Shown one piece after another: positions 29,168 to 38,676 of a DNA stretch of 64,000 nt. This DNA comes from Nanobdellota archaeon (lineage in GTDB: Archaea; Nanobdellota; Nanobdellia; Pacearchaeales; GW2011-AR1). The notes under the pieces were generated by a model. The model saw nothing but the letters and a program-made list of their open reading frames with translations. It did not search any database and was not told the DNA's origin. A program made the translations under genes and the position numbers. Each line of letters begins with the position of its first letter. The stretch's first letter is position 1. The stretch is from positions 128,001 through 192,000 of the forward strand of contig JBBSXO010000003.1 of the NCBI GenBank assembly GCA_038045705.1, given 5' to 3'.

Positions 29168-29661
29168 TGATTCTAATAGAAATATCTAGGAGAAAAGAAG
29201 TTTTAAAAAACAAAGACAAACTAGAAAAAAAATTAAACTGTAAGATACAAATAAAAGATAAAACTCTTTCAATAGATACAGATCCATTCAATGAATATGA
29301 AGCTCAAAGAGTTTTTGACGCAATAAATTTAGGGTTTTCTGTAGAAAAAGCGCTAAAAGTTCTAGATGAAGAGACAGGTTTCATAAAGATAAACGTAAAA
29401 GATTACGCAAATACAAAAAATTTAGAAGTTGTAAGAGGCAGATTAATAGGAACTCATGGTAAAACAAAAAAAACAATTGAAGAAATAACAAAATCCAACA
29501 TTTCAATTCATGATAATAATGTAGGGATAATTGGTCCAGCAGAAGTAACTGAAATGGCACTCACTGCAGTAACAAACATAATCAAAGGAACAAAACAGGC
29601 AAATGCCTATAAATATCTAGAAAAAATAAACACTCAAAAAAAGAAAATAAAAATTAAATAA
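29167..29661 (+). CDS. KH-domain pre-rRNA processing protein (Dim2/Pno1/Krr1-like)
   Basis: AINLGFS.EKA, RGRLIGTHGKTKKTIEE, AYKYLE. Confidence 0.9.
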   Translation: MILIEISRRKEVLKNKDKLEKKLNCKIQIKDKTLSIDTDPFNEYEAQRVFDAINLGFSVEKALKVLDEETGFIKINVKDYANTKNLEVVRGRLIGTHGKTKKTIEEITKSNISIHDNNVGIIGPAEVTEMALTAVTNIIKGTKQANAYKYLEKINTQKKKIKIK

Positions 29662-29677
29662 AATTAAAGCTCAGATG

Positions 29678-29755
29678 TTATCTGCGTTTAGCTTTACTTC
29701 TGGAAGATTTCTTCGCAGAAGATCTGCTTGCAGATTTCTTAGCCTTTTTCTTCAT
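29678..29755 (-). CDS. 25-aa Lys/Ser/Arg/Ala-only basic peptide (protamine/H1-tail-like); not in ORF track
   Basis: MKKKAKKSASRSSAKKSSRSKAKRR*; GAGGT SD-like element at 29769-29773 and TTTAAATA box near 29800 on the minus strand. Confidence 0.6.
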   Translation of the reverse strand: MKKKAKKSASRSSAKKSSRSKAKRR

Positions 29756-29911
29756 CACTAGATCATATACCTCTTTCACAAGAAAAAGCACAACTTATAT
29801 TTAAAAGTATGCCAAATTTTTTGAAAAAAATAATTTTTATTTTTTAGACAAAATATTTACCGTCGAGAAAAAATTTAATAAATTTTTATAAGAGTTCTTA
29901 AAAAAATAAAA

Positions 29912-30982
29912 TCAAGCAACTTCTGCTACAACAAGATCAACAAAAAGATTTTCTCTACCTTGACCAACAGTTACTGGATGCCAAGGCATTCTTTCATAGC
30001 GATCAACTATATTAGCACCATCAATTTTTTTTACAGCATCCTTTAAAGAATAAACTCTTCTCTTTTCAGGAAGACAACTCATAGTAGTCTTACCTACTTT
30101 AAAATCATACTGAAATGGCATACATTGTCCTAAAACAACTGTACCCTCCTTCTTAACAACCCTACTAATCTCAGCTAAAACCTAGTCAGGATCGCGAACT
30201 CTATCTAAAGCATTAAACATCAAGACTAAATCGAAAAATTTATCTCTCAAAGGAACATTGTGAGCATCTGCAATTGCATAAAATGTAGAAGAGTATTGAT
30301 CATGTTCCATAGCAGCACGAACCATTCCATAAGAATAATCAAATCCAACAGATCTTTCAAAATTTCCTTCTCTAACTAACTGCTGAAGATTAGCACCATT
30401 ACCCATGGCAAGTTCTACAATATTTCCTTTCTTTGGAAGAACTTTTCTTACTTTAAGTGGCAACTCAAAGTTTCCAGCATAATCTCTCATAGATTCTAAT
30501 TCAGCCTCATATCGAGCTTGGTGTAAAGCTCCAGTTAATTGACCTAAGAAGTGATCATCACTATTATTTTTGCATTTCTGAACGATTTTATTAAACAGAC
30601 TGGAAACAAGCTTAACTCCTTGAGCAGTTATTCTTCTATCAGACTCATAACATTCATTAGGAAGTCCACTTTCAATAATCTTTCTAATATGAGATAGAAT
30701 TCCTCTACTCATTCCAAAAGTAGCGTTAAGAAGAAAAGAATTTAAATCATCAGCGCTAATTCCAATAGATAATCCATCTAAATTTACATCTAATCCTTTT
30801 TTTGCAATTCTTTTAAAGGGGGCTGAAGATGAATTTCTTGTCTGCAAGGGCAAAAGATTAGTAATTCCATTTGTTGGAGAATATTCCTGATCTCGACAAA
30901 AATAAGTGCCTGAAGAGTTGCCTGAAAAAGGATTTTTACAATCAGGACATGCTAAAATTTCAAGAGCAGAATCAGATTTCAT
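29912..30982 (-). pseudogene. Class I SAM methyltransferase with Trm112-like N-terminus, interrupted by one in-frame TAG at 30182-30184
   Basis: LACPDCK N-terminus; VELAMGNG, GFDYS..M, ADAHNVPL..FFDLV; frame continues ...VRDPD*VLAEISRVVKKEGTVVLGQC into ORF 29912-30121. Confidence 0.8.
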
Positions 30983-31081
30983 AACTACTTTATTTTTAAT
31001 TAGTTTAAAAGAATTTCTATATTTTCAGTTAAAAGTCAATTAAAAAACATTTAAATAACATAAAATGGCTCTTAATTTCAA

Positions 31082-31179
31082 GTCCCGGTAGCTCAGCAGG
31101 TACGAGCGCGCGGCTGTTACAAGTTCGTAAAGATCTTGAAGAAACCGTGAGGTCGGAGGTTCGAGCCCTCCCCGGGACG
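31082..31179 (+). tRNA. tRNA-Asn(GTT) with 24-nt intron at canonical position 37/38 (intron 31120-31143)
   Basis: GTCCCGG/CCGGGAC acceptor stem; CGCGG-CTGTTA[intron]A-CCGTG anticodon arm; GGTTCGAGCCC T-arm; relaxed bulge-helix-bulge junction. Confidence 0.9.
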
Positions 31180-31232
31180 TACCATTTTAAGGATACAACA
31201 AATATATTTTAATTAGATAACTGTAAAAATAA

Positions 31233-31547
31233 GTGAAAGAAAAAAGAACATATGCTGATAGAAGAAAATATATGATTCAAGCAGTAACAAAAAGAAGAAA
31301 ATTAATGCGTTTGAAAGCAATTGAACACGCAGGAGGGAAATGTATTCGCTGTGGCTACAACAAATATCCAGAAGTCCTAGAATTTCATCATCGAAACCCT
31401 GCTGAAAAATTATTTAATATATCTCTAAAAGGACATTGTAGAAGTTGGGAAAGAATAAAAGCAGAAATAGAAAAATGTAATTTGGTCTGTGCAAATTGCC
31501 ATAGAGAGACCCATGTTGAAGAAAAATTAAAGAAAGTCATATCTTAA
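31233..31547 (+). CDS. Free-standing HNH endonuclease
   Basis: CIRCG...LEFHH...CNLVCANCHRETH; GTG start. Confidence 0.9.
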   Translation: MKEKRTYADRRKYMIQAVTKRRKLMRLKAIEHAGGKCIRCGYNKYPEVLEFHHRNPAEKLFNISLKGHCRSWERIKAEIEKCNLVCANCHRETHVEEKLKKVIS

Positions 31548-31577
31548 AAGGCATTTATCTGAATAATTACTATAAAT

Positions 31578-32654
31578 ATGAAAAAACGCGTTCTTCTCGG
31601 GTTATCAGGAGGAGTAGATTCAGCAGTCGCAGCACTATTGTTGAAAAGACAAGGCTTCGAAGTAATAGGAGCATTTCTTAAATGCTTTTCAGAAGAAAAA
31701 AACAAAATAACTGGAGAATGTAATTATCTAGAAGATAAAAAAGAAGCACAAAAAATAGCCACAATACTAAATATTAAATTAATAGAACTAAACTATGAAA
31801 AAGAATACTCTAGACTTGTCATAAAACCTATGTTTAAGTCTTACGCTAAAGGCCTAACACCTAATCCAGACTCATTATGTAATACTATAATAAAATTCCC
31901 TTATCTTTGGAAAGAAGCAAAAAAGCATAACTGTAATTTCATAGCAACAGGACATTATATAAAGAAAATAAAAATGAAAGATAAATTTAATTTAAAAATC
32001 CCAAAGGACAAATCAAAAGACCAATCATATTTCCTTTACGGTCTAACTCAAGAAGACCTAAAACACACACTATTTCCCATAGGAGATTATACAAAAACGG
32101 AAGTTAGAAAAATAGCAAAACAAAACAATTTGCCAAACTGGAATAAACATGGAACAAAGGGTTTATGCTTTGTAGGAAACATAAACATGAAGTCTTTCTT
32201 AAAACAAAAAATAAAAAACAAGCCAGGAGTCATAAAAAGTCCAGAAAATCAGATTATAGGCAAACATGATGGAATGATGTTCTACACAATAGGAGAAAGA
32301 CTAAAAGAAAATCAAAACATAATAATAAATAATAACTATAGAAATAAAGTAAAATCAAAACTATATGTATCTAGTAAAAACATAAAAGAAAATGAAATAG
32401 TAGTCGCTCCAAAAAATCATATATCATTAAAAAGAAAAGAATTTCAAATAAAGAATATCAATTGGATCTCAGATAAGTCAAGACAAATATCTATTTTAGT
32501 AAGAATAAGACATCTAGGGCAGTTAAACAAAGCAACAATAAGAAGAAATAAAATAGTTCTAAAAAGTCCAATAGAAGGCATTGCAGAAGGCCAGTCAGCA
32601 GTTATTTATACAAAAAAAGAAATTATGCTTGGTGGCGGAGAAATCAGCTATTAA
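31578..32654 (+). CDS. mnmA: tRNA U34 2-thiouridylase MnmA (bacterial type)
   Basis: SGGVDS, TPNPDSLCN, ATGHY, KDQSYFL, GLCFVG, YTIGER, GQSAV. Confidence 0.95.
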   Translation: MKKRVLLGLSGGVDSAVAALLLKRQGFEVIGAFLKCFSEEKNKITGECNYLEDKKEAQKIATILNIKLIELNYEKEYSRLVIKPMFKSYAKGLTPNPDSLCNTIIKFPYLWKEAKKHNCNFIATGHYIKKIKMKDKFNLKIPKDKSKDQSYFLYGLTQEDLKHTLFPIGDYTKTEVRKIAKQNNLPNWNKHGTKGLCFVGNINMKSFLKQKIKNKPGVIKSPENQIIGKHDGMMFYTIGERLKENQNIIINNNYRNKVKSKLYVSSKNIKENEIVVAPKNHISLKRKEFQIKNINWISDKSRQISILVRIRHLGQLNKATIRRNKIVLKSPIEGIAEGQSAVIYTKKEIMLGGGEISY

Positions 32655-32687
32655 CAATCTTTTTATACATAAAAAGCAATCAAAAGT

Positions 32688-33257
32688 ATGAAAACTGAAG
32701 AAGCAATAAATAAACGTCAATCAATAAGAGAATTTTCAAATAAACCTATAAAATTTGAAGCAGTCCTAGAAGCAATAGACTCAGCTAATCAAGCACCATT
32801 TGCAGGAAACATAAACAATCTAAAATTTATAATAATACAGGAAAAGCAAAATAAAAGCTATATTGCGGAATTCTGCCAACAATATTGGGTTTCAGATTCC
32901 CAATGGGTAGTTCTAGTGTGTTCAGAATTAAAAAAACTTGAAGAACTCTACCAAGATAGGGGAGAGATATACTCAAAACAACAATCAGGTGCAGCAATTC
33001 AAAATTTCCTTCTAACAATAACTAATCAAGGTTTGGGTGCATGCTGGATAGGTTCATTTTCAGAAAAAGAGATAAAATCAAAGTTCAAGATACCTGAATC
33101 TTGGAATATTGAAGCAATAATCCCAATAGGGTATCCAAAGAACAAGAAACAAAAACAAGCAAGAAAAATAAGTCTAGAAGGCAAAATATTCTGGGAAAAA
33201 TGGGACCAAAATAAAAAGCCAGTAAAATACCCTTTCAAAGACCCAAGTACCCATTAA
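32688..33257 (+). CDS. Nitroreductase family protein
   Basis: RQSIREF, APFAGN, GLGACWIG, IPIGYP. Confidence 0.9.
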   Translation: MKTEEAINKRQSIREFSNKPIKFEAVLEAIDSANQAPFAGNINNLKFIIIQEKQNKSYIAEFCQQYWVSDSQWVVLVCSELKKLEELYQDRGEIYSKQQSGAAIQNFLLTITNQGLGACWIGSFSEKEIKSKFKIPESWNIEAIIPIGYPKNKKQKQARKISLEGKIFWEKWDQNKKPVKYPFKDPSTH

Positions 33258-33326
33258 AAAAGATAAATTACTTAAAAAAATTAACTATAAAATAAAAATA
33301 AAAAATAAAAACAAATGCGCTGTTTT

Positions 33327-34415
33327 TTAACGGAATATCTCAATACCTAAATCAGACATTTCAGATTTTCCACTTCTACCACTATCCATAGAAGAAGCTA
33401 ATTCTTTTCCAAGTATGTAAGGTGATTTAACACCTGTCATAATAGTTATGACTCTTACTTTAGAACCGAATTCTTTGTTTATACGCGCACCAATAATGAC
33501 TTGAGCTTCACTGCTTAAGTTTTCAGTAACTAGGTTTCCTACTCCAGAAAACTCTTCAAGTTTGAAGTCAGGACCACAAGTAATGTGGATAAGAGCACCT
33601 GTAGCTCCACGATAATCTACATCTAGTAGAGGATGTGTCAAAGCCTGTCTTACAGCTTCTTCAACACGCATGGAACTATCAGACTCGCCAACACCAATAA
33701 CTGCAACGTCACCACCTTTCATAATTGCTGAAACGTCAGCATAGTCTAAGTTGATCAATGAAGGCAAAGTAATAGTCTCCACTATACCTTTTATCATTGT
33801 ACTTACTAGCTCGTTCGCAACTGCGAAAGCTTGTTCCATCGGCAAATTACCAGCAATATCTACAAGTCTATTGTTGTCTATAACTATAACAGTATCAACA
33901 ACCTCTCTTAATTCCTGCAATCCAAATTCTGCCTTGTCAATTCTAGCCTTCTCACATTCAAAAGGCATTGTGACGACCGCAATAACGACCGCTCCAGCCT
34001 CCTTTGCAAGTTGACCTACAACAGGTGCAGAACCTGTACCTGTTCCACCACCCATACCAGCACATATGAAAACCATGTCAGCATTGCTAACAGATTTCTT
34101 AAGTTCAGATACGGATTCTTTTGCAGCCTCTCTTCCTTTCTGAGGCCAACCACCACACCCAAGACCACGAGTCAATTCCTTACCAATAAGGATTTTCTCA
34201 TCTGCCTTAGTTATGCTTAAGTGAAGAGCGTCAGTGTTAAGTCCGTAAATAGTTGCTCCATTAATTCCTTTGTTAAATAACCAAGTAATTGTGTTACAAC
34301 CAGCACCTCCAGCCCCAAAAACTTTTATGTTAGCCTTTCCAGCACGAAGTTCATCAAAATTAATACTATGTGTGGACGCATTTGCAATTGCTTCTTTTGC
34401 AAAATCAAGAACCAT
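33327..34415 (-). CDS. ftsZ: Cell division GTPase FtsZ
   Basis: GAGGAGCN, GMGGGTGTG signature, INLDYADV T7 loop. Confidence 0.97.
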   Translation of the reverse strand: MVLDFAKEAIANASTHSINFDELRAGKANIKVFGAGGAGCNTITWLFNKGINGATIYGLNTDALHLSITKADEKILIGKELTRGLGCGGWPQKGREAAKESVSELKKSVSNADMVFICAGMGGGTGTGSAPVVGQLAKEAGAVVIAVVTMPFECEKARIDKAEFGLQELREVVDTVIVIDNNRLVDIAGNLPMEQAFAVANELVSTMIKGIVETITLPSLINLDYADVSAIMKGGDVAVIGVGESDSSMRVEEAVRQALTHPLLDVDYRGATGALIHITCGPDFKLEEFSGVGNLVTENLSSEAQVIIGARINKEFGSKVRVITIMTGVKSPYILGKELASSMDSGRSGKSEMSDLGIEIFR

Positions 34416-34568
34416 TCTTTATTTTTTTCATACCTCCTTTCAAATAATTAATTTTTTTATGTTAAGTGACTTTAAATAATTGATTATATCAGAAGAATAT
34501 GTTTTCGTAACATTGTAAGAGCAACAAAAAAGTAGTTTAATAGTAAAAACATCAAGATAATAATAAAA

Positions 34569-34826
34569 ATGTACGAAATATTCTTTTTAACCACAAAAAC
34601 AAAAACACAACTAGAAAGTTATATTAGAACTAGAGGAGATATAAAAGAAAAATTAGAAAGGTTAAAGCAAAATCCCAGGAAGGCAAATGGTGCTCATCCA
34701 TTACATGGAAAACTAAAAGGTAAATGGGCATGTTGGCTTGGTTCTAATTTAAGAATAATTTATATAATAGATGAAATCCAAAAAGAAATATCAATTGAAG
34801 CTGTAGGCACTCATAAAATCTACTAA
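34569..34826 (+). CDS. RelE/YafQ-type mRNA interferase toxin
   Basis: HPLHGKLKGKWAC...LRIIYII...VGTHKIY. Confidence 0.85.
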   Translation: MYEIFFLTTKTKTQLESYIRTRGDIKEKLERLKQNPRKANGAHPLHGKLKGKWACWLGSNLRIIYIIDEIQKEISIEAVGTHKIY

Positions 34827-35050
34827 TATTCTAGCTTATATTTTATTCCTTTCTTCCTATTTCTCTCGCTTGCTCTAATTTGAGCCATTATATCCTTATC
34901 TTCCAGTATTTCTTTTTCCTCAAGTCTTCGTATCTTATCCCTTATAGACTCGCGAATAAACTCTGTTTTAGTCATATAATTATGCCTTTTCATGACTTTC
35001 TCTATTGCATTCAAGAATCCAATCTCCAATTTTATGCTAATGTTTTCCAT
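34823..35050 (-). CDS. Ribbon-helix-helix antitoxin-like protein
   Basis: ISIKL...KTEFIRESIR RHH; C-terminal EILEDKDIMAQIRASE typical of RelB-type antitoxins. Confidence 0.8.
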   Translation of the reverse strand: MENISIKLEIGFLNAIEKVMKRHNYMTKTEFIRESIRDKIRRLEEKEILEDKDIMAQIRASERNRKKGIKYKLEY

Positions 35051-35141
35051 ATACTACTTAGTCTTACCAGATAGTATTTAAACATTTCTAAATTTAAAAA
35101 AGAAACACAATTAATATAAACTATCTAAAAAACAAATAATT

Positions 35142-35555
35142 ATGGATACATGTCCTTTATGTGATATAAAAAATCAAAAATACAGAATAATCGAAGAGAA
35201 TGAACATGCAATAGCTTCAATAATAAAATGGCCTCTAAAAGAAGGGCACACAATGATAATTCCAAAGCGTCATGTTAAGCAACTAAGTGATTTAGAAGAT
35301 AAAGAGCTAAAATCTACAATAAACTTAATGGATAAAATTAAATTAAAAATATCTAGATTATATTCAGATTCTCCAGCAATCCACATCAACAGCGGAGCAA
35401 ATAGTACTCAAGAACATGTTCATATCCACGTATTACCAAGTAAAGGAAGTCTAAGACATTTATTTTCACAGTACGAAAATGTTCCATTTAGAGAAGATAT
35501 TTCAGATGAGGAAAAGTCAATAATCGCTGAAAAGATTAGAAATGTTAAAAACTAA
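35142..35555 (+). CDS. HIT family nucleotide hydrolase
   Basis: CPLC, GHTMIIPKRH, HVHIHVLP histidine triad. Confidence 0.92.
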   Translation: MDTCPLCDIKNQKYRIIEENEHAIASIIKWPLKEGHTMIIPKRHVKQLSDLEDKELKSTINLMDKIKLKISRLYSDSPAIHINSGANSTQEHVHIHVLPSKGSLRHLFSQYENVPFREDISDEEKSIIAEKIRNVKN

Positions 35556-36535
35556 TTTTTAGCGAAACTTTCTGCCACAAGTAGTGGAAAAACAATAGTC
35601 GCATCAGCAAAAACTTTTACACTCTGTGCATTAGACAATATCTTCCCCCATGAAACTGCTTCAGAAGGCATAGCACCAGAATCAGAACCATCAAATTCCT
35701 GCGATGTATTAATATAAACTGCATAATCTAGCCCATTACGTAGCATATTTGCATTAAGTATCGCATGTTTAACAACCCCTGCCCCAAGAATAATAGCTCC
35801 AGATTTTTTCAAACCGATTGTAGTATTATTAAACCGAACAATATCTTCAGTACAGTCGATAACAAAATTAGGTCTCTTAAATTTAAAGAAATAAATATTA
35901 TCTCCAAGAGCACCATCAAGCAAAGCAGGGCAATAAACTTGTATATTATTTTTCCAAGCCCAATAGTAAACGCTATTTTCATCTTTAATTTTCTCCCCTA
36001 ATTTCCATATTAGTTCATTCCCAGTCACATGTTTACCAGTTTTTTTAGAATTTTGATAGAGTTCTTCAAGTATAGGTTGAACAAATTTCTCAAATGCAAC
36101 ATAACGAGAATTAGGAACAAAAATATTTCCAATTCTATTTATTCCTTTCTGACGAAGCTCAAAACCATCAGCGTCAAATTCACCAAGCTTAAAGCTCCCT
36201 AAACACTTGATAATATCTTCTTCAATTCCACCACAAGTAGTTACTAAAACATTAACCCTTTTGTTTTGGACAAGGTAACTAATAACATCTCGCAGTCCAG
36301 ATGAAATCATATTTGAAGTATATCCTAAGAAAATAAAAGAATTATCTGCAATCATTTTATTAGTTATTTCAATTGCCTTAGACAAATGAGTTGCCTGAAA
36401 TCCAGAACTTTCAAAACTCTCGATAATTTTACTATAATCAACTCCTAAATTAAAATCATAACCACGAATACTAAGCCCATCAGGTTCATTACTATCTCTA
36501 AGCAAATTCTCTCGTGCGATTTTCTCATTATCCAT
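35552..36535 (-). CDS. dys: Deoxyhypusine synthase
   Basis: GFQAT, YTSNMISSGLR, NRIGN, DGSDSGA.P.EAVSWGK, ADATIVFP. Confidence 0.95.
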   Translation of the reverse strand: MDNEKIARENLLRDSNEPDGLSIRGYDFNLGVDYSKIIESFESSGFQATHLSKAIEITNKMIADNSFIFLGYTSNMISSGLRDVISYLVQNKRVNVLVTTCGGIEEDIIKCLGSFKLGEFDADGFELRQKGINRIGNIFVPNSRYVAFEKFVQPILEELYQNSKKTGKHVTGNELIWKLGEKIKDENSVYYWAWKNNIQVYCPALLDGALGDNIYFFKFKRPNFVIDCTEDIVRFNNTTIGLKKSGAIILGAGVVKHAILNANMLRNGLDYAVYINTSQEFDGSDSGAMPSEAVSWGKILSNAQSVKVFADATIVFPLLVAESFAKN

Positions 36536-36603
36536 AAAGAAAATCAAATAATATCCTTTTTAATAGTATCCACAATCATAGAAATGCATCAATAATAAAA
36601 AAT

Positions 36604-37269
36604 CTAAATCTTATCCAAGATTTCTGCATTCAAACTGTTTTGTTTACAAATTTCAACAAATCTCTTAGCATCTTCAATAGTACCGTAAATACCAGCACCA
36701 AATCCATGAGGAATAACAAGACTAGGATTAAGAATTTTAGTAGTACTAACTGCATTTAAAACATCCATTGCAACTGTCCCTGAAACAGGTAAAACTGCTA
36801 CAAAATTGTTTCCATTTTTACCATATCCACTTAAGCTTTTAAGTTCAGGAGTCAAATCCGTATCCCCTGCAAAATAAAAAATATTCTTATCAAATTTTAA
36901 AATATAACCTAACCATCCTTCATTTTGAGGATGATATTTATTAAAAGTGTAGGCATGAACACACTCCACTTTAAAATTTCTAAAATCAAGTATTTCTTTT
37001 TTCTCTACAATATGGACTTCAACATTTTTCACTTTCATTAAAGCGCTCTGACAATCAACTGGACAAAGTACAATTGTTCCTTTTTTAGAAACTTTCTGTA
37101 TATCTCTTATACTACAATGGTCATTATGACTATGAGTAATCAAAATAACATCTGCCTTTAGAACAGAATCAGAAACCCTATAAGGATCAATAATTATAAT
37201 TTTATTTTTCATTTTAATAATAAAACCAGAATGTCCAAGGAAGTCTAAATCAATATCATCAATTCTCAT
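36604..37269 (-). CDS. Metallo-beta-lactamase-fold hydrolase
   Basis: LGHSGF, IDPY, THSHNDH, FAGDT, VIPH. Confidence 0.9.
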   Translation of the reverse strand: MRIDDIDLDFLGHSGFIIKMKNKIIIIDPYRVSDSVLKADVILITHSHNDHCSIRDIQKVSKKGTIVLCPVDCQSALMKVKNVEVHIVEKKEILDFRNFKVECVHAYTFNKYHPQNEGWLGYILKFDKNIFYFAGDTDLTPELKSLSGYGKNGNNFVAVLPVSGTVAMDVLNAVSTTKILNPSLVIPHGFGAGIYGTIEDAKRFVEICKQNSLNAEILDKI

Positions 37270-37304
37270 TGAAATTAAAAACAATCGTTCTTTTATAATA
37301 ATTG

Positions 37305-38609
37305 TTATGAAATCATCTTTTCTATTTCTTTTGCAACACTAAACATTCTTCCTTCATGACCTTTAGAACAAACAACCTGCATTCCAACCGGTTTTTCATC
37401 AATTCTCCCAATAGGAATTGAAATAGCACAAATTTCAGCCAAATTTCCTGGAATAGTCAGAGCATCAACGGCATATAATTTATCAAGTGAAACTTCAGTT
37501 CCAAATTTCCAAGGTAACATAGGAGTCGTAGGCATAATCAAAAAATCAACATCTTCTAAAACTCTTTCAAATTCTTTTTTAATCAACTCTTTTACGGCAA
37601 GAGCCTTATGATAATACTGTCCTTCAAATTCTGCTTTAGAGATTTCACTTCCACCAGCAAGTCTTCGTAAAACCTCCGCACCAGCAGAATCTTCAATCTT
37701 TTTCCCAAAACGTCTACCATCCATCCTCCTAGTAGCTGAAAAAAATTCAGTCCAAACCAAGGGATGATATGTCTGAATTGCTAAATCAATATTCTTCAAG
37801 TTAACTTTCTTTTCAGACCATTTTAATTTTTCAGTAGCCTTAAATAAAACAGAAGCAATCAAATCAATTATTCTAACATCAAGTTCAGGAACACTAACTA
37901 AACCAAATTTCATCTTTTCAGTTTTTTCAATTTTAATGGGCTTAGAATCAAATGTAGTAGTGTCTTTTTCATCTAATCCTTTAATTACATCAAGCAATAA
38001 TGTTGCATCAGCTACATTTTTTGCAATTGGTCCAATTTGGTCAAGAGACATTGACAAATCAATTAAACCATATCTAGAAACACATCCGTAACTAGGCTTT
38101 ACTCCAACAACACCGCAAAATGAAGCAGGAACTCTAATTGACCCCCCAGTATCACTACCTAAAGCCATATCACAAAATCCAGCAGCTACAGCCGCAGCAC
38201 TTCCAGAAGAAGATCCGCCAGAAATATGTCCGGGAACAGCAGGATTATCTGTTTTTCCAAAAGCAGAAGTCTCTCCAGTCCAACCACAAGCGAACTCATC
38301 ACAATTTAACATTCCAATAATAATTCCATCTTCTGCCTTTATTCTAGAAATAACCGTAGCATCATAAGGAGATTCATAATTCTCAAGTGTTTTAGAAGCA
38401 CAAGACGCATGTAGCCCCTTAACACAAATATTGCTTTTAACTCCAATCACATAACCATAAAGCCTTCCTTTTTTAGTCTTCAAGTCAAGTTCCCTAGCTT
38501 CAGTAATTAATTCTTTTTCACTTCGTATTTCAAGAAAAGCATTAATCTTGTTATTAAACTTCCTTATATTACTTAAATAAATTCCAACCTTATCTTCAAC
38601 AATTCCCAT
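37305..38609 (-). CDS. gatA: Amidotransferase subunit A (amidase)
   Basis: GGSSSGSAAAVAAG, GSDTGGSIRVPASFCG amidase signature. Confidence 0.92.
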   Translation of the reverse strand: MGIVEDKVGIYLSNIRKFNNKINAFLEIRSEKELITEARELDLKTKKGRLYGYVIGVKSNICVKGLHASCASKTLENYESPYDATVISRIKAEDGIIIGMLNCDEFACGWTGETSAFGKTDNPAVPGHISGGSSSGSAAAVAAGFCDMALGSDTGGSIRVPASFCGVVGVKPSYGCVSRYGLIDLSMSLDQIGPIAKNVADATLLLDVIKGLDEKDTTTFDSKPIKIEKTEKMKFGLVSVPELDVRIIDLIASVLFKATEKLKWSEKKVNLKNIDLAIQTYHPLVWTEFFSATRRMDGRRFGKKIEDSAGAEVLRRLAGGSEISKAEFEGQYYHKALAVKELIKKEFERVLEDVDFLIMPTTPMLPWKFGTEVSLDKLYAVDALTIPGNLAEICAISIPIGRIDEKPVGMQVVCSKGHEGRMFSVAKEIEKMIS

Positions 38610-38676
38610 ATTCTAATAATCTAACTCCCCTTCATAATCTTTATGGTCAAGCCATTATAATATATATTGTTTAATT

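Noticed and set aside
29678-29755. Ribosomal protein eL41 identity for the 25-aa peptide
   Set aside because: Same length, but it lacks the KWxKKRxRRLKR pattern and is Ser/Ala-rich.
30182-30184. Genome-wide TAG reassignment (pyrrolysine or Gln)
   Set aside because: Conserved genes (gatD, gatE, dys) end at TAG at their expected C-termini, and no pyl genes are in the window.
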